A DNA stretch of 32,000 nt, taken from contig OZ245768.1 in NCBI GenBank assembly GCA_965227835.1, forward strand, positions 1,320,001-1,352,000. Reading direction: 5' to 3'. The translations under genes and the position numbers were made by a program. Positions 10,005-21,236 of this stretch are shown here, in pieces (the stretch's first letter is position 1; every line of letters starts with the position of its first letter). This stretch comes from Candidatus Saccharimonadota bacterium. GTDB lineage: Bacteria > Patescibacteriota > Gracilibacteria > BD1-5 > UBA6164. The notes under the pieces were generated by a model. It searched no databases and had not been told where the DNA came from. It saw only the letters and a list, made by a program, of their open reading frames with translations.

Positions 10005-10065
10005 GAGGGCTAGGGTGAGGGCTAGGGTGAGGGTTTTTCGGAGAGGGCTAGGGTGAGGGCTAATC
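10005..10065 (+). repeat. GC-rich tandem 12-mer tract (GAGGGCTAGGGT and variants)
   Basis: GAGGGCTAGGGT GAGGGCTAGGGT GAGGGTTTTTCG GAGAGGGCTAGGGT GAGGGCTAATC. The 21-mer GAGAGGGCTAGGGTGAGGGCT (10041-10061) recurs with one mismatch at 10307-10327. Confidence 0.8.
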
Positions 10066-10178
10066 AGAAATAATCAATGGTAAAATGGCTGAAGCCATCC
10101 GTTGAAAGGAATATAATAACTTTTGGTTAATTTGCAATTAAGTTTTATTTTGCAAAAATCTTGCTATGCAAATGGCTA

Positions 10179-10220
10179 AATGCAAATACCTTAATGTGCA
10201 AATGGCTAAAGCCTTCTGCC
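10179..10220 (+). repeat. REP-like palindromic module, copy right of the IS110-family element
   Basis: AATGCAAATACCTTAATGTGCAAATGGCTAAAGCCTTCTGCC. It is preceded by partial TGCAAATGGCTAAA reiterations (10167-10187) and followed by the CTGTTCT module at 10258-10300. Confidence 0.75.
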
Positions 10221-10527
10221 AAAAAAATAAAAACTAGATATTAAGTTTATGTTACAATTCTTTATATCCCCTGTTCTCTCTCTGTTCTCTCCCCTCTCCT
10301 CTAAAGGAGAGGGTTAGGGTGAGGGCTGTACGGAGAGGATTAGAATTAAGCCTAACTTTCAAAATCTCAAACAAAATTTTAGTTATGTAAAAATTTGCTA
10401 TTTATCAAAACTCTAAAATTGATGTATTTTTAGAATAAAAAACTTTCAAGATATGACTAAAAAATTTGACTCAAAATATAAAAAAATATATAATAACTAT
10501 ATATTATATATTTAAATAATCAAAAAT

Positions 10528-10809
10528 ATGTCTAAAATAGTAATGACCATATCTACAGACTTACAAACAAAAAAAATGTTTATGGAATATGCAAAAGATA
10601 TGTGAACAAATATGACAAATCTGTTAAATATGTTTATGAAAAATGCACCTAGGAGTAAAAAACTAGAATTTTATTCTCCAATAGAAGAAGTAAAACCCGA
10701 AAAATGGGAAAAAGATATTATAGATGACTATAACAAGCAGGTAAAAGATTGAACTTTTCAATGAGTTGAATTCCAAAAATTTTTTGATTCTTTAAAGAAA
10801 AAAGATTAA
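10528..10809 (+). CDS. RelB/DinJ-family antitoxin
   Basis: 93 aa with TGA=Gly: MSKIVMTISTDLQTKKMFMEYAKDMGTNMTNLLNMFMKNAPRSKKLEFY... This is a DinJ-like N-terminal ribbon-helix-helix pattern. Its stop overlaps the toxin ATG by 1 nt (TTAATG). Confidence 0.65.
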
Positions 10810-11072
10810 TGTATAAAATTATTTTATGAAAAAAAGTACAAAAATTCATAAAGAGCCATAAAGATGAAACTGTAATATTTAGCTTATATAGTACTTTTTG
10901 TATATTAGAAAACAACCCATTTTACAATGATTTGGATATAAAGAAAATGGCTTGATATCAATGAAAATATAGGCTCAGATTATGAAAATATAGGCTTATT
11001 TATGAAGTTGATAGCAAAAAATTTGCCGTTTATTGTATTGATATAAACTCTAGATGAGATATATATAAATAA
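10809..11072 (+). CDS. RelE/ParE-family toxin (type II TA)
   Basis: 87 aa with TGA=Gly: MYKIILGKKVQKFIKSHKDETVIFSLYSTFCILENNPFYNDLDIKKMAGYQGKYRLRLGKYRLIYEVDSKKFAVYCIDINSRGDIYK. It has the characteristic YRLR.G.YR.IY.V core. Confidence 0.8.
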
Positions 11073-11154
11073 TTGTGAAATAATATACTCTAAAAATAAA
11101 TATATTACATATATTCAAGTCAATTATTTAAGAATAAATTTAAAAATTATAAAC

Positions 11155-11532
11155 ATGAAAAATACAGAAAAAACAAAAATATTTGATATGCCTTTTTCAA
11201 AAATCTATGAATGTTATATTTCGAAAGCAAAGAAAAAAGGTAGAGAAAAATTTGAAGTTGATGAGATTATTTCTTGGTTAACTGGATATAAAAACCAAGA
11301 AGTAGAAAATAAAGTAAAAAGTAATATAGATTTAAAAAATTTTCTTTTAGAATCTCCTAAATTAAACCCTTTAAGGACTTTGATTAAGGGAACCATTTGT
11401 GGTATTAAGATTAGTGAAATTAAAGATCCTACTATGAAAGAAATTCGTTATTTAGATAAATTGATAGATGAGTTATCAAAATGAAAGCCATTGGAAACTA
11501 TTTTAATGAAGAACTGAAAGATTATTGAGTAA
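11155..11532 (+). CDS. DUF2200-like protein
   Basis: 125 aa. The standard-code ORF (109 aa) extends through two TGA=Gly codons to TAA. IFDMPFSKIYECYISKAKKKGREKFEVDEIISWLTGY matches my memory of the DUF2200 N-terminus. Confidence 0.6.
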
Positions 11533-11702
11533 AGATTTTTAAAATAACTAATTATATTAATGAGGGGCTGAAAAATTAACTAAAAAATGTAGAATAAAAC
11601 ATTATAATATCTGTTTATAATATGCTAAATTTCTTTTATTATAAATGACTAAAGCCTCCTGTTAAAAATGAATATCAGTTTAATTAAATCAAATATCTAT
11701 TG

Positions 11703-12176
11703 CTACCCTAACTTTAAATTAACAAATTCTGTTGTATCAAAAGGGAGCTCTCATCTTTGTTTGTATAATTGTGTTTCTTCGCTATGTTGTCATAAATTAT
11801 TTAAAAATATATCTTTTCAATCTCAATAGGGTATTACAACCCTTGTTTCTATATTTTCAAAAATTTTACAAGCTTCTTTTGTTCAAATGATTACCAATAT
11901 ATCTACATCTCAAAAAAAATCAGATATCTCCTCTTTCATCTCAAAACTATCCTCTGTTATTATCACTAAATTTCTTCAATCAATTAAAAAATGATAAAAA
12001 AGGTTTTCTAGATACTCCTTAGTCTCAACCAATATATTTGATTTTTCATACTCTCCAGGAAAACTTACATCAAATCAATCTAGCATAACTTGCTTTGTAT
12101 CTGTATTAAAATCTACTCATTTTTTATCTGAGTTTTCTATTATTAAACTCTTTCATTTATAAAAAATATCAATCAT
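11703..12176 (-). CDS. Hypothetical protein (157 aa)
   Basis: ATG..TAG ORF open only with TGA=Gly: MIDIFYKGKSLIIENSDKKGVDFNTDTKQVMLDGFDVSFPGEYEKSNILVETK... No confident family. Confidence 0.5.
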
Positions 12177-12254
12177 AATTTAGTTTAGTTAAAATAATAA
12201 AATAATTAACAAAAGTTTATTCTTTAAAATTACACCAAAAAATAAAACAGAAGT

Positions 12255-12707
12255 CTAAATGAAATAAACTCTATTTCTATTTACTATAGGATATAAATCA
12301 AACTTTATATTAACATCCTTAATCTCTTCAATAGCTATCCACTCATATCAAACAAATCTCTCTTCTTCTTGGACTTTTACTAGTTTTGTTCAACTATATT
12401 TAACCAAAAACAGATACACATCTTTATCTACTAGAGGGTTATCTTTTAGATGTCAGGCAGTAAAACTATAGTTTAGCTTAGTTATAAATTTTATAACCTC
12501 TAAATCTTTTATTTCCAAGCCAGCTTCTTCACTAATCTCTCTAACAGCTGTATCTTTTGCTATCTCTCAGTCTTCTATATGTCACTTAGGGATAACATAT
12601 TCTTTACTATTTTTGGAGTTTAACCATATAAGAAGAAGTATTTCAATTTTACCATCTTTTTTACGATACACTATTCATCAAGAACTTTTTTCATACTTTT
12701 TAGGCAT
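12255..12707 (-). CDS. NUDIX hydrolase
   Basis: 150 aa with TGA=Gly. The Nudix box is PKGHIEDGEIAKDTAVREISEEAGL (G-x5-E-x7-REUxEExGU); both Gly of GHIEDG are TGA. Confidence 0.88.
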
Positions 12708-12936
12708 AACTTTTCTATTTTATTAAAAAGAATTTTTTAAATAATAATACAAAAAGTATAAATTTCAAATTTATGCTATCATTTCTAAATCCTTGCAATT
12801 TTTACATTGGGCAGAAGCTGAAAAGTATTTAATATTTGCTTGAATTATTGATTAATATAACTATATTAAAGATACAAAATTTTTGAACAATAATTTTTAT
12901 ACTTTTATTTTTTTAAAAATAAACTTGGAAGAGGAT

Positions 12937-13341
12937 ATGTTTTTAGATAGAAAAGGTTACAGAGATAAAGGATATTTAAAAATGGATAGATGTCCTTTTT
13001 GTATAGATATATTAAAAGAAAGCCAATACATAGCTTTTGAAACCAAGTATTGGTATGTAGTTTACAATAAATACCCTTACTTTTGAAATAAAATACATTT
13101 GCTAACTTCTCCTAAAAAACATAAAATAACTACAGATGAACTTAGCTATGAAGAATTGAAAGATTATAAAAATATTGAAAAATTTATGAAAGATTGGTAC
13201 AAATGAAAAAACTATTTTTCTTTTATAAGACAAACTATATGATGAAAAAGTGTAGAACATCTACATTACCATTATATTTCATGAAAAATTATCTTTGATA
13301 ATAGTTCTTGAGAAAATATTTTGAAAATTAAAAATGACTAA
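12937..13341 (+). CDS. HIT-family nucleotide hydrolase/transferase
   Basis: 134 aa from ATG 12937 with TGA=Gly: MFLDRKGYRDKGYLKMDRCPFCIDILKESQYIAFETKYWYVVYNKYPYFGNKIHLLTSPKKH...SVEHLHYHYISG. It has the histidine triad HLHYHY and an N-terminal CPFC. The TTG at 12883 in the ORF track is less likely to be the start. Confidence 0.8.
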
Positions 13342-13345
13342 ATAA

Positions 13346-13957
13346 ATGAAAAGTATAGATTTATCTAAAATTTTTTGAAGTAAATCCAGGGCAAAGATAC
13401 TTGAGAGATTTCTTTTGGAATATGAAAATGGTAACAATGAGGGTTTTCATATGAGACTTCTTAGTAGAGAGCTTGATGAACAGATAAATTCAGTAAAGAG
13501 AGAACTTGATAATTTAGCTGATCTTGGAATTTTAAAATCAAAAACTCTTTTGAAAAAAAAGATTTTTTATTTAAATAAAGATTTTGAACTTCTTCCTGAA
13601 TTTACAACTATTTTTTTAAAATCGTATAATCCTTTGGACAGATTGAAAGAGTTTTTTAAAAAAGAGACCTTGCTAGAACTTATAATTATTAACAGTGAAA
13701 TAAAAAACAAGCTTTTATGACAAACTAAATCTATACTTGATATATTTTTGATAGGTGAATTGGATAAGGAAGAATTTGGTAAGTTTATAAATGCAATATT
13801 TTATTGAAGGAAGGTTAAATATGCTATAATAACAACGGAAGAATTGTATAAAAGACTTGAGTATTGAGATAAACTTATAAAAAATATATTATCTGAAACT
13901 GGAAATGTGTTTTTGAAAGATAACTTAAAAATAAAAGAAAAAATGGGGATAGGTTAG
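13346..13957 (+). CDS. Winged-helix (ArsR-like) putative transcriptional regulator
   Basis: 203 aa with TGA=Gly: MKSIDLSKIFGSKSRAKILERFLLEYENGNNEGFHMRLLSRELDEQINSVKRELDNLADLGILKSK... This is an HTH plus wing pattern with a C-terminal domain of unknown function. Confidence 0.6.
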
Positions 13958-14034
13958 CTTATTGAAAAATGGGCTTATTTTTTAAAAAGATTCATTTATC
14001 AAGAATTTTATATTATAAAATATTACTTTTTATT

Positions 14035-15744
14035 TTATTTGTCCTCTAGATCCATCTCAACTCTCTCCAAGACCTCTTTTGTATTAGAATACTTTTCTGA
14101 AAAAAATCTGTGTTTCAGATTTTTTTTGTTTACAAAAATACTTTGGTAATATTTAGAATTATCATCCCATAAATTAGGCAATTTTTCCAGTCAAAGCTTA
14201 TAATAATTCAAAGACAAATCTCTTTTTATAAAATAAAGTAAGTTTCAGCAATATATATAGTTTTCAGCCGATTCCCCATATTTTATCAAATTCTCACATA
14301 GCCTTTTTGGATCTTTCTTATATTCTTTAAATATAGTTTTTTCTCTATCTTCAAACTCCATTTTTTCTAATAAATGATTATCCGTTTTGTATAGGCTATT
14401 ATTATAATACTTTCTTTCCTCCAAAAAATAATTTCAGTAAAAATATATTCAAAAAATAGAAACTAGTATAAAAAAACCAGAAATTAAATAATTATTTCAT
14501 TTTATTAACTCCTTATTAGAAGTATATATTATGCTAAGAGATAATATAACTACCAAATAACTTGCTGAGCTTGAAAAATTAAAAATATTAAACAAAAGAA
14601 AAATACTAAATATTTCTAAAGACATAGTTATATAGTTTTTATCCATTTTTTTTAAACTACCTAAAATCTTAAAAATATTTTTATAAAAACATATAATCAA
14701 GTAGATAAAAAATGATAATCAAACTAAACCAAAACTATAAAAAACATATAAAAATATATTATGAGGTCTGTCTGCTACAAATCAGTAATTTTCAAATATA
14801 TATAATTCTTTAACCTTAAAAGTTTCAAAAACCATATTAAGATTTCATAATCAATTTCACAAAGTAAATATTTTCAAATCAGATAAAACTATACTAAAGG
14901 TAGTTTCCCATATATAAAATCTAGATATAAAGCTTGAAAGCTTTTCAGGATAATATTTCAAAATTCACACTAAAAATAAAACAAATAAAAAAACCAATAT
15001 TTTATTGAATAACCTTTTTCATATTAGTTTTTTTAATTTTGAATAATTTAGATATATGAAATATGATGAAAGCAAAAATATTGCCCAAATAGATTTCGTC
15101 AGAATTATTGTTATACAAACTAATAAAAATGAAGATATTAGGATGTACTTTTTGTCTTTTTGTTTTATGTTATTTAATAATTTGCTTATAATGACTATTA
15201 TCATAAGCAAGTACATAGCAAGATAATTTGGATGTCCAAAACTTCAAATTGCCCTATTTGATAAATCTCAATAATCAAAACTAGGAAGAAGAAACTCTTT
15301 TATTGATATAATAGATACTAAAACTCAAGATAATATAGAGACTTTTAATAGTATAGTCTTTAATTTAGTATTTATTAAAATTATAAATAATCACAAAAGG
15401 TTTATAAAAAACAAAACTCAGTGTCATTTTTCATTATTTCATAAAATAGAAATTAGGGGAGATATAGAAAATAAACTTGATAAAAATAATATGAAAATAA
15501 ATACATAAATTAGCTTTGGTATATGATATTTTCTTTTTTTTAAAATACCCTCAACCAAAAAAAGAAATATAGAAAGAGAGGTAAATATATTTATGAAAGA
15601 TACTTTAAAAAATTCATAATTTCCATTTATGTGAAAGAACTTTCATATTTCCTTTATACCAAATGTATCTAATAAATGAGAGTGAATAATTGGGCTTAGC
15701 AAAAATATTAATATTACTAAACCCTTTATTGTTTTTGATAACAT
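14035..15744 (-). CDS. O-antigen ligase/polymerase-like (Wzy_C-type) multipass membrane protein with a soluble C-terminal tail
   Basis: 569 aa with TGA=Gly. It has more than 8 hydrophobic segments, and RAIGSFGHPNYLAMYLL and FVADRPHNIFLYVF resemble Wzy_C/O-antigen-ligase loops. The 105-aa C-terminal tail is hydrophilic. The standard-code ORFs at 15019-15216 and 14497-14700 are in-frame fragments of it. Confidence 0.6.
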
Positions 15745-16384
15745 TTTATTTAATTTTAAGAAGACGGGGGAGTGAGTTTTTTATATATAGTAAACTAACT
15801 TGCGAGTTATCTTACTATATATATTATAAATAAACTGGGTATTCTTTTTCAAAAATACAAACTTCTTACAATATCAAAGGGCTAAGGTTCTCTGCCTGCT
15901 AATAATAAGAAATTGCTTTTTAATTAAAACCATATTTTAAAATATTCTAATTTATCAGTTAGCTTACTATAAAAAATGATTTTGAGTGAAAATTTAAAAA
16001 GAAATTATTTTTTAAGGCAAGTGTGAATTTTCAAGTTTATCTTTTATAAAAACTTGTCAACAAAGGGCTTTAGCCTTTTGTAAAATATAAAGCCTATAAT
16101 TTTATAAAATAATATTTTAATTTTCATCCAATTTCAATCTATATTCAACAAATATTTCCAGTACTTTTAATTAATTTATTTTCTTAAATGACCTTTCAAA
16201 ATATCTTCAACAGAGAGCTTTAGCTTTCAGCACCATTTAAGAAAAATTTGAGAAATTATCTTCAGAGTAAAAAGCATATATTTTTTCTCTGCACCATTTA
16301 AGAAAAACCTGTAAAATTAATATTTTGTAAAAAATAATCTCTTTTGCTAATTTTTAAACGGAGGAATAGTTAAAAAATTCACAA

Positions 16385-17170
16385 CTATTCAAACCTACTA
16401 TAATAAAATTCTCCGAAAGTTATATCTTTTTCATGAAGATATTTTGCTAAATCTTTTCAAAGATATCTCCAGTGCCAAGGTTCTATTTCATATCAATCTG
16501 TTTCAACTCAATTTTGGTAAGAATTATGAAAACCGTATTTATGGGCATTTTGTTTAAACCAATAAAAATATTTTCTTAGATTATTATCATTTTTCCAATG
16601 CTTTTCAGAAGAAGCTGAATATATATCTATGGCAAGACCCGATTGATGTTCACTATGTCATGCTTTTGCACATAAATTATCAGAACATCATCTGTCTTTT
16701 ATACCTTTTTGATAATAATAACTTCTGTATCAGCTTACAATAACTATATTATTTCAAGTATCTTTATAAAAAGCTTCACTCAATTCTTCTAAATCTTTCT
16801 TTAACTCCTTTCTAACTTTTATATAGCCATTTTTAGAATCAACCACATATTTTCACTCCACAGGAACCAAATTTTCCGGGGCATATAATTTGTTCAAAAA
16901 AGATATATCTTTATCAACAAATTTAGTTATTGAGTCATCATTTAAAACATCTATTTCTTTGATGAATAACTTTTTTTTAAGTGCATTTATATACCTATTT
17001 TTTTCCAATATTATATTTTCCAGTCTCTCCACCTCCAAAGCTTTTTCTTTCCTGAAAGATAAATCTATTATTCTATAACACATAAACATAATTACCAAAA
17101 TCATAAAAAATATAGTAAGACTAAGTATATTTTTTAAGTTTTGATCGTTTAGGATTTTTTCTAGTTTCAT
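16385..17170 (-). CDS. D-alanyl-D-alanine carboxypeptidase, VanY/peptidase M15B-like, membrane anchored
   Basis: 261 aa with TGA=Gly. N-terminal TM segment (ILSLTIFFMILVIMFMCY), then IVIVSGYRSYYYQKG...AKAGHSEHQSGLAIDIY...AHKYGFHNSYQNG...EPWHWRYLG. The SxHxxGxAxD and EPWH motifs are those of VanY/M15. Confidence 0.85.
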
Positions 17171-17172
17171 AA

Positions 17173-18849
17173 TTATTTAATATTATTTTTTTTAGCTAAA
17201 GACAAGATTTCATTATATTTTAAGAAAGCTTCTTGATTTCAAGATTCCATTTCTTTTTTTAGCCTAGAGCTTGTTTTTTTGTATAAATAAAGATTTAGTT
17301 TTCTTAGAAAACTATCTAAATTTTCTTTTATTTTTCAAGAATTATCCAAATCTTCTCAAAGAGAGATTTTCATAGCCACAGCTTTCAATCTATCCTTTTT
17401 TTCGGGAGGTAGGCTTTCTACAATATTTATATCACATAGTGAATCTTCTAGTTCTTTTGTTAAATCTTCTTTAAAAACTATATTTTCTTTTATGTAGTTT
17501 GAATTTGTATTGTCATTTATAATATATCAAATAGCTATTTCTTCCAAACTAAAATTTCATTTTGAATGGTTATCAAATTCTTGCACATCTCTTTTTCTGT
17601 TAAAGCTTCTTTCTATTTTATTAAACTTATCATAAACTATATTTTCTTTGATATCTAGTTTTAAAGATACCTCTTTCAAGTAAAATTCTCTTTCAATAGA
17701 ATCAGAATAATGTGATACCATATCCAAAATCTCTGTTAAAAGTAGCTTTTTATCTTCTATACTATCCAAACTAAATTTTGATTTTTTTAGATAGTATCAA
17801 ACAGGACTAAGAGCATTTTTGATATATGAGCTAAAATCTTTTCAAGAATTTATTATACTATCTGGATCACTTCATTTGGGTAAATCTATTATTTTTATCT
17901 CAAAACCTTTATTCTTAATAATTTCAAGAGAAGATTTTGTTGCTTTTTCTCAAGCATCATCAGAATCAAAAGATAAATAAATTTTTTGTGTAAGTCTTTT
18001 CAAAACACTTAAATGTTTTTGAGTCAAAGCAGTTCCAGAAACAGCAACTGTGTTTGAATATCAAGAAGTTTGGCACCTTATTACATCCATCTGTCCCTCT
18101 ACCACTATTACAAATCACATATCAACTATAGATTTTTTAGCATCATAAAGACCATACAAAATTTCAGACTTATCATAAAGATCTGAAGCTGGAGAATTTA
18201 TATATTTTGGTTCTCCAAACTCAAGTATTCTTCATGTAAAAGCCACAAAATCTCATCTCAAGTTTCTTATAGGAAATATTATTCTGCCTATAAATTTGTC
18301 TTTTCTATCTTTTAAATTTACGAAAATATTTGATTTTACTATTAATCAATCATCATATCATTTTTCTTTCAAGTAATTGTATAATCACAATCATGAATCT
18401 GAAAATCCAAAACTAAATTTCTTAAAATCTTCTTTTTTTAATCATCTTTCAAATAAATATTTTTGTGCTTCTGGGCTTTTTTCCAATGCTTTTTTATAAT
18501 ATAATACAGTATCACCATAAAGAGAATATATATTTTTTTTGATTTTGTGTTTTTCTGCATCAAATCACTCTATACTCTTTCAAACTATATTTGCTAATAC
18601 TTGAATTGCTTCCTTAAATTCCATATTCTCTATATCCATTATGAATTTCAAGGCTCATCATCATTTATGACAACCAAAACAATATGCTAATTGTTTCACT
18701 GGAGAAACCACAAAACTAGGTGTTTTTTCATTATGACCAGGAAAAGGGCATACAGCTTTGTAGTTTACTCATGATTTTTTAAGTTTTGTGTATTTTGAAA
18801 CAAGCTCTACTATATCTGTAGAGGTTTCAAGTTCTTCTACTAGTCACAT
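17173..18849 (-). CDS. dnaG: DNA primase
   Basis: 558 aa with TGA=Gly: [86 protein letters not shown]... It begins with a CHC2 zinc finger and continues in frame with the 17557-17769 ORF. Its stop lies 2 nt before the VanY-like start. Confidence 0.9.
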
Positions 18850-19059
18850 AATTTTATATTATTTTAAATACTTATTCTACTTTTGAATAATATATAAATA
18901 ATTTGAAAAATGCTAAATCTAAATTTATAAAAAACTAGAATTTAATTTAAAATATAAAATACTAATTTTTTAATCAATAAAAATATATTAAAAAAAATAT
19001 TATTTTTTCTGCATAATATGATTTTTTTTAGTTTTTTAGATTTCAAAATAATTAAAGAA

Positions 19060-19902
19060 TTATTTAAAATAATATCATAATCATACAAGAATGGATACAA
19101 CTATAGTAAGAGAAATACTTTTTTTTGTAGGAATGTCTTTATTTATCAAATATGAAATAAAAAGAGTCATTGCCATTCACAGAAAAGAGAGCATTACACT
19201 TGTAGATAATCACAATTCATGAATTAAAAGTAGGGAAAATAGATAACCAACTCATCAAAGATGACTTCAAATTATTCTATAATAATAAAAATTTTTAGGG
19301 ATAGTTTTTATTGTTTTGAAAGATCACTTTTTTAAAACTATTCATAACACAAAAGATATTCCTATGATATAAGATATGAAAAAATATGCAGTTGAATGCA
19401 TATGTAGTAAAATATATCATGCTACTAGTAATGTTCCTGCTCTTATAAATCCAGATAATATATATAATCATATATTTTTTGAAATTTTTAATGCTTTTGT
19501 ATCAATAGAAGAAATAACAATGATTATCATTGTTAATATTGTAATATAAAGAGAAATATTTGATATATCTGAAAATATAATAAATGAAAGAATAATGGTA
19601 ACAAGTTTACTAGTATTGCTATATGGAGCTAGGGTTGATATTTTTTCTTTAGAATATACATGTTGTCATATAAGAATTGATATATGATTTATTACTACAA
19701 CTCCTGTGATTAGAAAAATATAAAATATGTCAAATCAAGAAAAATCAAAAATATCAAATATATAAAGTACGGTGCTTACAAAAAATATACTTGAGTATGA
19801 CATAAGCCTAAAGAGATTTTTTTCAACTCAAAAGGATAAGGCTTTCTTCCAAAGATTCATTCCAAGACTCGAAAAGAAGGTAGATAAGATTGCAAAAAAC
19901 AT
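19060..19902 (-). CDS. Multipass membrane protein, DMT/EamA-like permease (tentative)
   Basis: 280 aa with TGA=Gly. About 9-10 hydrophobic segments (MFFAILSTFFSSLGMNLWKKALSFG...LVGLGYYFK). The family assignment is weak. Confidence 0.45.
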
Positions 19903-19960
19903 AAGTTATTTTTAGTAAATTTTTTAAGAAATGAGAATATATTTTGTATAGAAATTTTTT

Positions 19961-21223
19961 TTACATAATTTTTTTCCCTCACATAGCTTCTTGCAAAACT
20001 TCTGGAATTTCAAAACTTCAATCGTTTGTTTGGAATTGTTCCATTATAGCAAGTCATGTTCTAAAAGTCACAGCAGTACAGTTCAGAGAATATGCAAATT
20101 CTTTTTTTCAATCTTTCAAATATGTTGTCTTCAGCCCCCTTGTTTGATAATCTGATGCAGATCAATTTGAGCATACTTCCCTGTATTTTTTTTCTCATGG
20201 AAACCAAGCTTCATAATCTACCTGTCTGTAATGTTTTGCTGGCATATCTCAGCTACATACTTCAACTGCTCTAAAATGAAGTCAAAGTTTTGAATAAATC
20301 TCTTCATTTATCTTTGCATTTAATGCAAAGATTTTATTGTTATCTTCTGGTCTACAAAGAGCATCTATTTCTATTTTTTCAAACTGATGTACTCTCAATA
20401 TTCATTGCTGATCCTTTCAATATGATCCCGATTCTTTTCTAAAACAAGTAGTATTTGCTACAACCAAAATAGGCTCTTTCAAATCTCAAATATTTCTGTG
20501 AGAATAATATCACATAAGTGATTGTTCAGAAGAAGGTATTAGATAATAGTTTGTATTTTTGTTAATTCAAACCTCATATAATTGTCAGTCAAAGTCAGGT
20601 AGGTTTCCTATTTCTGTCATTGTTTCTTCATTTAACATCAAAGGCACATACATTGGTTCAAACCCATAACTCCATATTATTTGTTCTACCCAATTAAATA
20701 AAACCTTTTGAAATTTTGCCATTTCTCATCTCATAAAATATCATCTTGCTCACATAACTTGAGCTCATGTTTTTTGATCCACATATTTCCTATATACATC
20801 AAGTTCATAATAAGGTTTTGGTTCAAAGTTAAACTCTCTTTTTTCTCACCAAACTCACATAACAGGATTATCACTATCATCTTTTCATATGGGTATATTA
20901 TCCCAAGTAAGATTTGGAATTTTTGCTATGCTTGATTTAAGTTTTTCAGAATACTCTTTTACTATTGTTTCTTTATCTCTTATTTCACTGCTTATTTTTT
21001 TCATACCTACTATAGCAGTCTTTTTTTCTTCATTTGATAAAGACTCAATTTTTTTATTAAAATTATTTTTCTTTTCAAGCAAACTATCAAGTTCTTCTTT
21101 TCTTTCTTTCCAAAGCTCATAGTTTGTTTTTGCTTCCAAAGCAAAATTTGGATCTCATCATCTTTTATCTAATTCTTGTTTATATCTTTCAAGATTTTGA
21201 GATAAATGTTTTATATCAATCAT
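19961..21223 (-). CDS. serS: Seryl-tRNA synthetase
   Basis: 420 aa with TGA=Gly. N-terminus MIDIKHLSQNLERYKQELDKRGGDPNFALEAKTNYELWKERKEELD is the coiled-coil arm. C-terminus ...DGSFEIPEVLQEAMGGKKIM matches the SerRS tail (IPEVL..YMGG). Confidence 0.9.
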
Positions 21224-21236
21224 AATTTTTTTTAAT

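Noticed and set aside
9990-10340. The repeated GAGGGCTAGGGT units and repeated 21-mers might be a CRISPR array.
   Set aside because: The units are 12 nt long and directly abutting, with no unique spacers. The longer repeats are only two copies 266 bp apart, and no cas genes are present.
19091-19246. 51-aa plus-strand ORF (MDTTIVREILFFVGMSLF...).
   Set aside because: It lies entirely antisense to the continuous 280-codon table-25 ORF of the permease-like gene (19060-19902).
16890-21122. Plus-strand ORFs 16890-17078, 19944-20274, 20708-20935 and 20889-21122.
   Set aside because: They are shadows of the VanY-like and serS genes on the minus strand.
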